The translations under genes and the position numbers were made by a program. The notes below the pieces were generated by a model. It made no database searches. It saw nothing but the letters and a program-made list of their open reading frames with translations, and was not told the DNA's origin. This document shows, in pieces, positions 25,483-34,934 of a stretch of DNA of 36,587 nt. How positions within the stretch are numbered: position 1 is the stretch's first letter; the number at the start of each line of letters is the position of its first letter. This stretch comes from Candidatus Sabulitectum sp. (GTDB taxonomy: Bacteria > Fermentibacterota > Fermentibacteria > Fermentibacterales > JCC-6), in NCBI GenBank assembly GCA_029940175.1, contig JAOZRM010000002.1, positions 1 through 36,587 of the forward strand. The letters are read 5' to 3'.

Positions 25483-28455
25483 TCAATTCCTCAGCATTGC
25501 CCCTTTACCAGTTCTTCCATCAACCATTACCTTTATTGGTTCATCCACAGAAACATGTCTGGTAAATTCTGTTTCTGAGGTGGCTTCGAGAGAATTCAAC
25601 CATTCCCAGTTGATCATTGAACCTGAGCGGTTGTGAGGTACTGTGAAGTAGACCACTCCCAGCGAAGTCATGTTCTGGAAGAAATGCGAACCCTGAGAAG
25701 GATCGATGTTCATGTTCTTCTGGCTTGCTTCTACAATAACTTTTGCTCCGCAGATCTGGCTCCAGGTTACCGGTATACCCAGCCAGGAATCTGACGATCC
25801 CCATCTGCCCGGACCGATGAGAATGAAGGGTTTTTCTGCTTCGAAAAGAATTTTGTTTATTGCTTCCACTTCCTTTACAATATCCTTTGTTTTTGAAGCG
25901 GTGAAGCTATCCGGTTTAATGTAAACAACGTCCCGTATGCTCTGGATAGTTCCGTTTCCCAGTGCTGTATCTGTTTTGCAAAGAAGTTTCTCGTTGTCAA
26001 AAGTTTCCGGATCAATATCAACAAGGTCATTGTTAACCACCATTGGTCTGATCTGCAGCAGACTGAAATGTGCAGGAAGTGCTCTTTTTACACCGAGAGT
26101 TACTGCAAACTCGATCTCCACCGGGCAACCCATGGATTTTTCCCCCATTTTAAGCAGATAGTCGCTTATTGGAGCCAGGGGGAAAACATCGTTCTTCAGT
26201 ACATGCGCAAAACTGACCACCCTGGGTCCCTGTCTGGTTATACCATCCATGACCCTGTCATTAGGTGCATCATAAGTTGAAGCAAGATATTCAAGAGTGC
26301 CATCTTTTTCAGAGGTGTTAAGATCATGTGAGGTAATGTACTGATCTTCATCAAGTTTCGATCCCCAGTTATTATTGTCCATCTGTACTGCAAAGAATTG
26401 CTTCTGTGAATTGTCCATCATAGCTTTTACAGTTCCAAATTGCGGAAGTACTCTGGGGTACTTAGGAGTGAATCGCAAAGACATGCCACCGTCCACTATT
26501 GCCTTACCAAGCCCCAGAGCAACGTTAACAACACCATCCTCTGGTTTTGCAGAACCTGCAGGATAGAAGTCGTAAGATCTGCCCACACCGGAGAAATGAG
26601 GATAAAACAGATCTCCATGCTGGCGCCCAACCACCTGCTGAAGAAGCACTGCCATTTTTTCCTCTTCTACTCTGTGATTGGTTGCTCTTATATAGGATTT
26701 TGCTGATTGCATGAATGTTGATGCGTACACAAACTTTATTGCGCTTGAAAGCTGTTTGAATCTTACAGTGAGATCTCTTGAATTATTGGGAAGCATCTTC
26801 GTTGCATAGATGCCTGCAAATGGCTGGTACATGGCATCTTCCAGCAAGCTGGATGATCTTATTGCAAGGGGAGTTGTTACTGACCTGGCGTAATCTCTGA
26901 TGTCACCGAGGATAGTAGCTGGAAGGGATGCATTCTGGAAAGCTCTTTGTATTCTATTGTCATCTTCGCATTCAATAGCAAATTGATGGAGCTTGTTAAT
27001 TTTCATGAATTCATCGAAGAACTCTGTGGTAATGATCACTGTGTTGGGAACAGAAACTGATACTTTCTTAAATGCGCCTTCCTTAAGATTAGCCACGAGA
27101 ACTCTGTCTATGAAAGCAAGACCCCTTCCCTTGCCTCCCATAGAACCATTACCCAGGCGGCTGAACATCAGGTCTTCATCGTGGAAAGATCTGCTGTAAG
27201 GAACAACATAACCACGCCTCTGGTCTGCCTTCCATGTTTTGAAAGCTTCCAGTAGTGCATGCTTGACCTCTTCTGCCGAGCAGTTGTTCAGCTTGCACTC
27301 GTCTATGTCCTCGGCAAGTTCCAGTTCGGTTTGAATCTTGAGCCATCTCGAGATCCTGCCTTTCTGCCAGTTTGTGTATATGGCTTCTGCAGGAAGCTTA
27401 TCCAGTGCGATTCCAAGTTCCCTGATATTTGATACTTTTCTTATTACTTTGCCGTTTTGATCTTTGAACAGGATATCTCCAAAATCCAGAAAATTCACAA
27501 GAACATCGCTGAATTCTGACATAAGTGTTTCAGAATTTTTGCTGATGTAGCCAACATTCATTGTTCTTGCGATGTCTTCACCGTCATGCTCGCTGGTCTG
27601 GAGAACAATTGGAATGCTGGGATTCTTTTCCCGGATCTTTTCTATGAGGTTCACGCCGGCTTTTTTGTCATGAGTACCCAGGTGGTGGAATCTCATGTCT
27701 GTAATTACTCCCACAAGAGAACTGCTGAATTGCTCCAGAGCATATTCTGCTTCTTCCATGTTCACAGCAAGAAGCAGTTTTGTTCTTGCTTTGCCCTTCT
27801 GCTTCCTCATGGTCTGGGATTTCATTCTCTCTAAAACCTCGCGGGATCTCAAATGGATCTCCTGGATTCCCAGGTGCAGGTATTTGGAGTAAAAGAGTAC
27901 ATCGTCCTCAACCAGTAGAACACAGGGTGCATTCAGCACTCCACAATCGTGTGGAGCATTGTGGGCATCCTCAGTCAGTTGAATGATTCCCTGAATGATC
28001 TCTCCTGTACCCATCCAATTGAAAAGTCCATAGGGTATCATGTCCGGGCTACTACTGCTTACCTTTCTAAGTTCTTCTCGGTTATGGGTGAGAACAGTGA
28101 CATTCAGTCCCGGTTGAATTGCATGAGCTTTCTCTGTAAAGTCATGGAATGAGATATTTTCGCCGGTGGACATACATATGACCAATTCAAAGTGGGTGTT
28201 TTCTTTATCGCTAAGCATATTGAGGGCAGTTGTTGCGTCTGAGACCTGAGTGATTACCGGGGCTTTGCCGAAGTCACCTGCAGAATGGGCAGCTCCCAGA
28301 ATATCTTCCAGCATTCCGTCTTCTTCAACGGTGTAGTAATCATAAAGACTGCAGAGAAGCATCACATTCTGTACTCTGAACTTATTCAGGTCTTTTAGAA
28401 GGAAATCAGTTCTCCGGAGTTGAAGCTGTCCACTAAGTTGATCTGGAGAGAACAT
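25483..28455 (-). CDS. Response-regulator-fused PEP/pyruvate-binding (PPDK_N ATP-grasp) domain protein, 990 aa
   Basis: There is a degenerate receiver-like domain, then a canonical REC (VLLVEDD ... VGVITDMRF ... IVLQTS ... GYISK). The PPDK_N motifs follow: GNGSMGGKGRGLAFI, LAIRSSSLLEDA..QPFAGIYAT and VEIEFAV...LLQIRPM. The C-terminal module carries ILIGPGRWGSSDSWLGIPV and DPSQGSHFFQNM. No GG.TSH swivel motif was seen. Confidence 0.8.
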   Translation of the reverse strand: MFSPDQLSGQLQLRRTDFLLKDLNKFRVQNVMLLCSLYDYYTVEEDGMLEDILGAAHSAGDFGKAPVITQVSDATTALNMLSDKENTHFELVICMSTGENISFHDFTEKAHAIQPGLNVTVLTHNREELRKVSSSSPDMIPYGLFNWMGTGEIIQGIIQLTEDAHNAPHDCGVLNAPCVLLVEDDVLFYSKYLHLGIQEIHLRSREVLERMKSQTMRKQKGKARTKLLLAVNMEEAEYALEQFSSSLVGVITDMRFHHLGTHDKKAGVNLIEKIREKNPSIPIVLQTSEHDGEDIARTMNVGYISKNSETLMSEFSDVLVNFLDFGDILFKDQNGKVIRKVSNIRELGIALDKLPAEAIYTNWQKGRISRWLKIQTELELAEDIDECKLNNCSAEEVKHALLEAFKTWKADQRRGYVVPYSRSFHDEDLMFSRLGNGSMGGKGRGLAFIDRVLVANLKEGAFKKVSVSVPNTVIITTEFFDEFMKINKLHQFAIECEDDNRIQRAFQNASLPATILGDIRDYARSVTTPLAIRSSSLLEDAMYQPFAGIYATKMLPNNSRDLTVRFKQLSSAIKFVYASTFMQSAKSYIRATNHRVEEEKMAVLLQQVVGRQHGDLFYPHFSGVGRSYDFYPAGSAKPEDGVVNVALGLGKAIVDGGMSLRFTPKYPRVLPQFGTVKAMMDNSQKQFFAVQMDNNNWGSKLDEDQYITSHDLNTSEKDGTLEYLASTYDAPNDRVMDGITRQGPRVVSFAHVLKNDVFPLAPISDYLLKMGEKSMGCPVEIEFAVTLGVKRALPAHFSLLQIRPMVVNNDLVDIDPETFDNEKLLCKTDTALGNGTIQSIRDVVYIKPDSFTASKTKDIVKEVEAINKILFEAEKPFILIGPGRWGSSDSWLGIPVTWSQICGAKVIVEASQKNMNIDPSQGSHFFQNMTSLGVVYFTVPHNRSGSMINWEWLNSLEATSETEFTRHVSVDEPIKVMVDGRTGKGAMLRN

Positions 28456-28677
28456 ATTTTACTACCACCTCCGGTTAGTTCTTTAATCAATAAAGGCAAT
28501 AAGTACTATTTAGAATTCTGAACAAGAAGCAATTATGAACATCATGTCAGCCAATAGTCAAGTTGAGGATTTCCCTATTGACAGGGGTAAGGGTGTGGCA
28601 GTAGTCTACTCCATCCGAGTGATCGTTTTCTCGGGATTTTTTGTTTGTTTACCAAATTCTTGAAAAGGAGAGTGAGA

Positions 28678-30030
28678 ATGCTTGAGGAACTCTACCAGAA
28701 AGTAATCCAGAGGGATCCTGCCCAGCCTGAATTTCACCAGGCAGTCCAGGAGGTTCTTGAATCTCTTGAAGTGGTACTTGAAAAGCACCCTGAGTACAGA
28801 AGTGCAAGAATCCCGGAAAGAATTGTGGAGCCGGAGCGTGTTATCATGTTCCGTGTACCATGGGTAAAAGATAACGGCGAAATTCAGGTCAATCGCGGAT
28901 TCCGCATTGAAATGAACAGTGCTATCGGACCCTACAAGGGCGGTCTTCGTTTCCACCCTTCCGTTAACCTTGGAATCCTCAAGTTCCTGGCTTTCGAGCA
29001 GGTATTCAAGAATGCTCTCACCACTATCCCTATGGGTGGCGGTAAAGGTGGATCTGACTTTGATCCCAAGGGCAAATCAGATCTTGAAGTTATGCGTTTC
29101 TGCCAGAGCTTCATGAGTGAACTTTTCCGTCATATCGGGCCAAACACAGATATTCCTGCAGGTGATATTGGTGTTGGTGGAAGAGAAATCGGTTTCATGT
29201 TCGGTCAGTACAAAAAGCTTCGTAACGAGTGGACTGGCGTTCTTACAGGCAAGGGTCGCGAGTACGGTGGAAGCCGTATCAGACCCGAGGCTACAGGTTA
29301 TGGCGCTGTATACTTTGGTGAGGAAATGCTTAAGACCAGAGGCGACAGTTACAAAGACAAGATCTGTCTTGTGTCCGGTTCCGGTAATGTTGCCCAGTAT
29401 GCTACCCAGAAGCTTACAGAGCTCGGTGGAAAAGTTGTTACACTTTCCGATTCCAGCGGCTGTATCTATGACGAAGAGGGCATCGACGCTGAGAAGCTTG
29501 CATATGTTATGGATCTCAAGAATGCTCGTAGAGGTCGCATAAGCGAATATGCCGAGAAGTATCCAGGTGCAGTTTACACTGCTGTAGACGGTTCTCTCGA
29601 TTACAATCCTCTCTGGGCCTACAAGGCCGACTGTGCATTCCCAAGTGCCACTCAGAACGAGATCAGCGCAAAGGATGCTCAGACAATGGTTAACAACGGT
29701 GTTTTCCTTGTTTCTGAAGGTGCCAACATGCCCACAGTTCCTGAGGGTGTTAACATCTTTATCGACAACAAAGTTCTTTACGGACCAGGCAAAGCTGCCA
29801 ATGCTGGTGGCGTAGCCACATCAGGTCTTGAGATGGCTCAGAATGCCATATTCTCAAGCTGGAGCCGTGAGGAAGTTGATACAAAGCTTCACAACATCAT
29901 GATCAGTATTCACAGGCAGGCATTTGAAGCTGCTGAATACTATGGCGATCCAGGGAACTATGTTCTTGGTGCCAATGCAGCCGGTTTCCGTAAGGTTGCC
30001 GATGCAATGCTCGCTCAGGGCGTTGTGTAG
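28678..30030 (+). CDS. gdhA: NADP-type glutamate dehydrogenase (GdhA-like, 450 aa)
   Basis: ATG at 28678 follows AAAGGAG. EPERVIMFRVPWVKDNGEIQVNRGFRIEMNSAIGPYKGGLRFHPSVNLGILKFLAFEQVFKNALTTIPMGGGKGGSDFDPKGKSD is the hallmark GdhA sequence. The track TTG at 28645 is rejected. Confidence 0.9.
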   Translation: MLEELYQKVIQRDPAQPEFHQAVQEVLESLEVVLEKHPEYRSARIPERIVEPERVIMFRVPWVKDNGEIQVNRGFRIEMNSAIGPYKGGLRFHPSVNLGILKFLAFEQVFKNALTTIPMGGGKGGSDFDPKGKSDLEVMRFCQSFMSELFRHIGPNTDIPAGDIGVGGREIGFMFGQYKKLRNEWTGVLTGKGREYGGSRIRPEATGYGAVYFGEEMLKTRGDSYKDKICLVSGSGNVAQYATQKLTELGGKVVTLSDSSGCIYDEEGIDAEKLAYVMDLKNARRGRISEYAEKYPGAVYTAVDGSLDYNPLWAYKADCAFPSATQNEISAKDAQTMVNNGVFLVSEGANMPTVPEGVNIFIDNKVLYGPGKAANAGGVATSGLEMAQNAIFSSWSREEVDTKLHNIMISIHRQAFEAAEYYGDPGNYVLGANAAGFRKVADAMLAQGVV

Positions 30031-30047
30031 TCACTTAGTTATACAGA

Positions 30048-30083
30048 GGAATCCCCTGCACATTAGTGCGGGGGATTCTTTTT
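30048..30083 (+). terminator. Intrinsic terminator after gdhA
   Basis: GGAATCCCCTGCAC, loop ATTA, then GTGCGGGGGATTC followed by TTTTT. The stem is about 13 bp with one G-U pair. Confidence 0.75.
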
Positions 30084-30107
30084 AGCAGCATTTGAGAAGA
30101 ATGCCTG

Positions 30108-32453
30108 TTAATCGGTTAAGAAAGCTACAGCCTCGTCAGAATCTCCGTTCAAAATAATAGAAAGAGAAGAATCAGCTTTTATTTCTGAAACTCTAATAAC
30201 TTTTAAGATGTTTTCAAAACTTTCAGTTCCCGTCACCATATCGGTGAGAAGATTTCTATAATTGAAATAGATTTCCTCTTTGAATACTACATCCTCGTCG
30301 TCCGGATAGAGTGGAAGATACCTGATGTCTGCTTCAACTAGATCCTGGAAGAAATGGGTTCCAAACGAAAGATCCGGCACCTGTCCCTTCTTCATCCTTG
30401 CAACTTCTATCAGCATCGCTGTGTTGTTGATGTCGCTGTAACCAACATGCACACCAAGTTTAATGTCACCCTTGCTTCCCCATCTTCCTGGTCCAATGAG
30501 AACAAATTTCTTAGCAGGCAGTATTTTGTTCAGTTTGCCGATTATCTGACCGATCTCCAGCAATTTCTCCCGGCTTTCAACGTTGTCATACTGGTCGCCA
30601 TCCACGTAAACCAGATATTCAATTCCGTGGCAGGCACCTGACATGATGTACCTGTTTGCCGTGAAGAGAATTGAATCTTTTTCGATACCTGAAGGGATTG
30701 TGGTGTCAACATTTCCTTTTCCCACGCTTTGAGGTCTGCATTGAAGAAGGTAGGGTGTGTGAATATCCGGTCCGTAAGCGAACTCAATATCCACGGGCAG
30801 ACCTATCTCGTCTTCAAGAATGTTTAATACGGTTTTGAAGAAAAGAGGAACGGGACTTTTTTCCAGAAGATTGTGGAAGGTTATTATGGTATCTTTTTTC
30901 TGAATGTTCAGCATTGAACCTGGTGAGAGCTGAACGTTTCCTTCTTCATAAAGAGAAACAAGATACGGAAGGCAGGGTATTTTTGCACCGTATTCCTTGA
31001 TCATTTTTTCGGTACCAACTGTCTCAAGACATCCTTTTTCAAGATTCACTACGTCCATGTTCTTTTGAGCGTATCTAATTAGTTCATCGGTGGTGACATT
31101 AATGCGGAGTTTGGGCTGACCCGGGCTCATCAGTACAGGGAAATCCTGCCCGGTTCTGTCAACGGCTCTTGTACCAAGTCCGGCTACAAGTCTGACTATG
31201 CCGTCTTCCGACTTGATCCTTGGTGACCAGCGATAGTCGTTTCTGCTGAATGCAACTCCGGCAAATGGCGGGAAGTAGTACTTTCCGATTCTTGTGCCCA
31301 CAACCTCCTGGATTAGAATCCCCATCTCTTCGTTGAAGTCAAGTAATCCTCTTTCCCGCCTGTACTCAATCGGATCAGGGCCGAATATGCTTGCATAGAT
31401 TTCCACTACAGCATCTACAAGAGCCTCAAGCCTCTGCTGTCGAGTACCCTGATTTGCCACGAAGAGACTTTTGTATTTCCCTGCAAAAGCAGCGCCTGTG
31501 CTGTCTTCCAGAAGACTTGAAGACCGGACAACGAGTGGTGTTGTACCGAAGTAATCCAGAGCATGCTCCAGACCGGTCAAGACACTGTAAGGCATTATTG
31601 AGTGCTTGAACACCTGCTCAAGAAGATGGTATTCCTGGCGAATCTCATCCTGACGGGCGTATTTAATAGCCATCATTTCCTCGAGGGCGTTGTGACTTAT
31701 GAATTCAAGAACAGAATCGGATGAGATGAACCATGTTTTGGGAACCTTCAGGTTTCTGAGAACAGAATAGGATTTCTTGTAGGTGTTGAGAATTTTTTCT
31801 GCTCTGAAAAGACCAGCTGCCTTGCCACCCACCTTACCGTTACCATTGTATGGGCCAATGGTATGTTTAATAACATAAGAAAAGTCATCGATGCTGACGT
31901 GTTTTCTTATTGTGCTTATGAAATTCAAATCATCAGTAAAAAGTCGTCTTGTAAGGCCTACAATGATATTCTCCCGGTCACGGGCTTCCATCTTTTTACT
32001 TCGTTTAGGCAGCATCTCGTATTTTTCCAGAGTTTCTCTGAGAATGCCCAGAGGAACATCTCTTCTGCCTGCAGCCACAGAAAGAAAGCGAATTTTTTCG
32101 TGGCGGAGCCACCGGTGAAGTGCCATGGTTATCTCATCCGGTGAAAGAACTTCCTCTGCCACTCGAAACACTTGAGTGGTAATATCCTCCAGAACCTTGT
32201 GGTCCATTCTGGGAGCCGGTTGATTCTCACCGTACAGATCTCCTGTTTCCACTGCATCCACCTGTTTGGGAAGCAGTTCCTCCATGATCTTTGAGATTTT
32301 CTCGACTTTTCTCCTGAAGAGGTAATTCAGCATTTTTCTGCTCAGGCGCCCAAGCAGTTCAGGGTCTGTTTCACTTAGAAGTCTGAGTATTATCTTCCAT
32401 TCCGGTTTATCTGTGCCGGTTGTAGCCGTACTATTGCTGATCAGTGGTGACAT
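30108..32453 (-). CDS. PEP/pyruvate-binding (PPDK_N ATP-grasp) domain protein, 781 aa, paralogous in architecture to 25483-28455
   Basis: An unassigned helical N-terminus of about 200 aa comes first. Then GNGKVGGKAAGLFRA, LVVRSSSLLEDSTGAAFAGKYKS and VDIEFAYG...YLLQCRPQ. The C-terminal module carries VLIGPGRWGSKGDIKLGVHV and DLSFGTHFFQDL. No GG.TSH swivel motif was seen. Confidence 0.8.
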   Translation of the reverse strand: MSPLISNSTATTGTDKPEWKIILRLLSETDPELLGRLSRKMLNYLFRRKVEKISKIMEELLPKQVDAVETGDLYGENQPAPRMDHKVLEDITTQVFRVAEEVLSPDEITMALHRWLRHEKIRFLSVAAGRRDVPLGILRETLEKYEMLPKRSKKMEARDRENIIVGLTRRLFTDDLNFISTIRKHVSIDDFSYVIKHTIGPYNGNGKVGGKAAGLFRAEKILNTYKKSYSVLRNLKVPKTWFISSDSVLEFISHNALEEMMAIKYARQDEIRQEYHLLEQVFKHSIMPYSVLTGLEHALDYFGTTPLVVRSSSLLEDSTGAAFAGKYKSLFVANQGTRQQRLEALVDAVVEIYASIFGPDPIEYRRERGLLDFNEEMGILIQEVVGTRIGKYYFPPFAGVAFSRNDYRWSPRIKSEDGIVRLVAGLGTRAVDRTGQDFPVLMSPGQPKLRINVTTDELIRYAQKNMDVVNLEKGCLETVGTEKMIKEYGAKIPCLPYLVSLYEEGNVQLSPGSMLNIQKKDTIITFHNLLEKSPVPLFFKTVLNILEDEIGLPVDIEFAYGPDIHTPYLLQCRPQSVGKGNVDTTIPSGIEKDSILFTANRYIMSGACHGIEYLVYVDGDQYDNVESREKLLEIGQIIGKLNKILPAKKFVLIGPGRWGSKGDIKLGVHVGYSDINNTAMLIEVARMKKGQVPDLSFGTHFFQDLVEADIRYLPLYPDDEDVVFKEEIYFNYRNLLTDMVTGTESFENILKVIRVSEIKADSSLSIILNGDSDEAVAFLTD

Positions 32454-32524
32454 ACAAGATACCTTTCTTTGGATGTACCCTATTGATTTACTTATACAGG
32501 ATTGATTCTACTTGTCAGAAGAGC

Positions 32525-32560
32525 AAAAAAAAAGGACCGGGGTGACTAGCACCCCGATCC
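32525..32560 (-). terminator. Intrinsic terminator after the second GDH gene
   Basis: The minus strand reads GGATCGGGGTG, loop CTAGT, then CACCCCGGTCC followed by TTTTTTTTT. Confidence 0.8.
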
Positions 32561-32577
32561 ATTATTTGGTATCAGTA

Positions 32578-33861
32578 CTACACGAGTCCGCGAAGTCGGG
32601 CGGCGTTAGCAACTCTGTCGATAGCAATCATGTAGGCTGCATCACGCATGTAGACTGACTGACTCTCGGCCAGATCAGCTACTGCATGGAATGCAGTTGT
32701 CATCTTTGTATCCAGCTTGGAGAGAACTTCGTCCTTCTCCCAGTAGTAATTCATGTTGTTCTGAACCTGCTCGAAGTAGGAGCATGTAACTCCTCCTGCG
32801 TTGCATAGGAAATCTGGAATATTGAAAATTCCTCTTTCGCTGAGAACAGCATCGGCTTCAGGAGTAGTGGGGCCGTTTGCTCCTTCTGCAATAACCTTGA
32901 CTCTTGAGTGGATTTTGCCAACTGTATCAGCGTTTATCTGGTTCTCAAGGGCTCCAGGAAGAAGAACATCAGCTTCAGTTTCAATCCAGGCATCTCCAGA
33001 AAGCTGCTCGTAACCTGCTGCAATTGCCTTTACTGCATTAAGAGTTCCGAATCTGTCTGTTATGCTCAGGACGAATTCAAGATCAATGCCATCCATCTTG
33101 CGGTAGGTGTAAGCCCTCATATCCTTCTGATCCCAGCAGGAAATACAGACAACTTTACCGCCATACTGAATAAAGAGATCGGCTGCGTACTGTGTAACAT
33201 TGCCGAATCCCTGACATGCCATTGCAGCACCCTTTATGTCTATTCCGAGACGCTTCAGAGCTTCTCTGACTGTATAGATAGCACCGTAACCTGTTGCTTC
33301 AGTTCTTCCAAGTGAGCCCCCGCTGCCAACAGGCTTGCCGGTGATAACACCTGGGAACTTTCCTCCCATTAAAGTCTCGTACTCATCCATCATCCAGAGC
33401 ATGTGCTGAGGTGTTGTCATTACATCCGGAGCTGGAACATCCTGCACAGGGCCGATATTCTTCCAGACGTTGCGGATCCAGCCACGGCAAATCTGTTCCT
33501 GCTCACGCATGGAAAGTTCATGAGGATCACAGATGACGCCTCCCTTTCCACCACCGAGAGGAATATCTACAACTGCAGTTTTCCATGTCATCCATGTAGC
33601 GAGAGCCTTGACTGTACTGATGGTTTCGTCAGGGTGAAATCTGATTCCGCCCTTGCATGGACCGCGAACATCACTGTGCTGTACTCTGAAACCACGGAAG
33701 ACCTGAACAGTACCATCATCCATGTGAACGGGAATAGTGAAATGATATTCTCTCATGGGTTCACGGAGAAATGCTCTTGCACCTGCGTCGAGATCGAGTG
33801 TTTCAGCTACCTGATCGAACTGATCCTGAGCCATCTTGAATGCATCGAAACCTTTGGACAT
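32578..33861 (-). CDS. Glu/Leu/Phe/Val dehydrogenase family, short hexameric-type glutamate dehydrogenase (427 aa)
   Basis: ATG at 33861 follows GGTAGGAGG. FRGFRVQHSDVRGPCKGGIRFHPDETISTVKALATWMTWKTAVVDIPLGGGKGGVICDP and GFGNVTQYAA are present. The track start at 33936 is rejected. Confidence 0.9.
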   Translation of the reverse strand: MSKGFDAFKMAQDQFDQVAETLDLDAGARAFLREPMREYHFTIPVHMDDGTVQVFRGFRVQHSDVRGPCKGGIRFHPDETISTVKALATWMTWKTAVVDIPLGGGKGGVICDPHELSMREQEQICRGWIRNVWKNIGPVQDVPAPDVMTTPQHMLWMMDEYETLMGGKFPGVITGKPVGSGGSLGRTEATGYGAIYTVREALKRLGIDIKGAAMACQGFGNVTQYAADLFIQYGGKVVCISCWDQKDMRAYTYRKMDGIDLEFVLSITDRFGTLNAVKAIAAGYEQLSGDAWIETEADVLLPGALENQINADTVGKIHSRVKVIAEGANGPTTPEADAVLSERGIFNIPDFLCNAGGVTCSYFEQVQNNMNYYWEKDEVLSKLDTKMTTAFHAVADLAESQSVYMRDAAYMIAIDRVANAARLRGLV

Positions 33862-34204
33862 TTCTGACCTCCTACCGGCGGGGTGCCGATAAAAAATAAG
33901 AAGACAATGCTTCTTAGGTATTAATATAGCCGGCACAGTTGAGCCGGTTGCCGGTAATATATGACAGTTAATAATTCATACCAACTCATTGAATTGAAAG
34001 CGCCCCTGTACGTCTTTAGTGTACGTACTGCAGTATATCAGGCATTGGATATTGCAGCGTATATCACCACCCACTCAATGATGAAGAGATGCTGTTCTTC
34101 TTGAAGTCAAAGAATAACTATCTCTGATTGTGTGGTCTGATTCTATGTTGCCAGTTAGAAAGAATCTCTTTGTTTTTCAATCAATTCTGTACCAGAATAG
34201 TATC

Positions 34205-34256
34205 TTGACTGCACGAAAGAAATGTAGTACACTTGTGATTGTGCAAACTATCACTA
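34205..34256 (+). promoter_or_regulatory. Candidate rex-mrp promoter (TTGACT-N17-TACACT) with a Rex-operator-like imperfect palindrome just downstream
   Basis: TTGACT lies at 34205-34210 and TACACT at 34228-34233. TTGTGCAAACTATCACTA at 34239-34256 matches 11 of the 14 specified positions of TTGTGAA-N4-TTCACAA. An extra TTGTGA lies at 34233-34238. Confidence 0.35.
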
Positions 34257-34280
34257 TCCGTCATTATCTATCACTGTTGA

Positions 34281-34934
34281 ATGGAGATTTCATTGATTGC
34301 AATTAAGGTTTCAGAGAAATCCATCAGGAGATTGAGTCATTACGCCCGATGTCTCAGGCTTGCCAGAATCAGGGGCGAAGTAATAATGACTTCCCAGCAA
34401 CTTGCGACAAATTGCGGAATTTCTTCAGCTGCCGTACGCAGAGATCTGTCTATTTACGGGGAATTCGGCAAGCAGGGATCAGGTTACAAGGTTGATGATC
34501 TTCTGATCAATATTGAGGAAATCCTTGGTACTACTGATCCACCACCTGTGATCATTGTTGGAGCTGGCAGCATCGGATGTGCTTTATTGATTTCCGGTCT
34601 TGCCGGAACCGGCGGTTATACCTACGATTCCATTTACGACAATGATCCTGCAAAAATAGGTAAGCAGTGCGGGAATAAGCAGGTAAGATCCATTGACGAG
34701 ATATCTGAGGTCATAAGGAAGCACAAGGAGATCATTGCTGTGATCGCTGTTTCCGGTGGAGCTGGCCAGGATGCTCTGCAGATGCTTGTTGAAGCTGGCT
34801 GCAAGGCTGTTCTCAGTTTTACACTTGAGCCCTTGAATGCTCCGGAGGATGTTGAAGTACGATATATAGAAGTTTCTACAGAACTGGATGTTCTCACACA
34901 TTCAATGAGAAGAAAGGAGCGTGCTGACCAATGA
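34281..34934 (+). CDS. rex: Redox-sensing transcriptional repressor Rex
   Basis: KSIRRLSHYARCLRL...MTSQQLATNCGISSAAVRRDLSIYGEFGKQGSGYKVDDL is the Rex wHTH. VIIVGAGSIGCALL is the Rossmann NADH-binding motif. Confidence 0.85.
   Translation: MEISLIAIKVSEKSIRRLSHYARCLRLARIRGEVIMTSQQLATNCGISSAAVRRDLSIYGEFGKQGSGYKVDDLLINIEEILGTTDPPPVIIVGAGSIGCALLISGLAGTGGYTYDSIYDNDPAKIGKQCGNKQVRSIDEISEVIRKHKEIIAVIAVSGGAGQDALQMLVEAGCKAVLSFTLEPLNAPEDVEVRYIEVSTELDVLTHSMRRKERADQ

Noticed and set aside
28578-28607. TTGACA-N18-TAGTCT as the gdhA promoter
   Set aside because: The -35 is perfect, but the -10 matches only 3 of 6 positions with non-optimal spacing. That is too weak to list as a feature.
28606-28956. 116-aa minus-strand ORF and the TTG-extended gdhA start at 28645
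   Set aside because: GdhA homology starts at MLEELYQKVIQRDP, right after an AAAGGAG RBS. The antisense ORF overlaps the most conserved GDH region.
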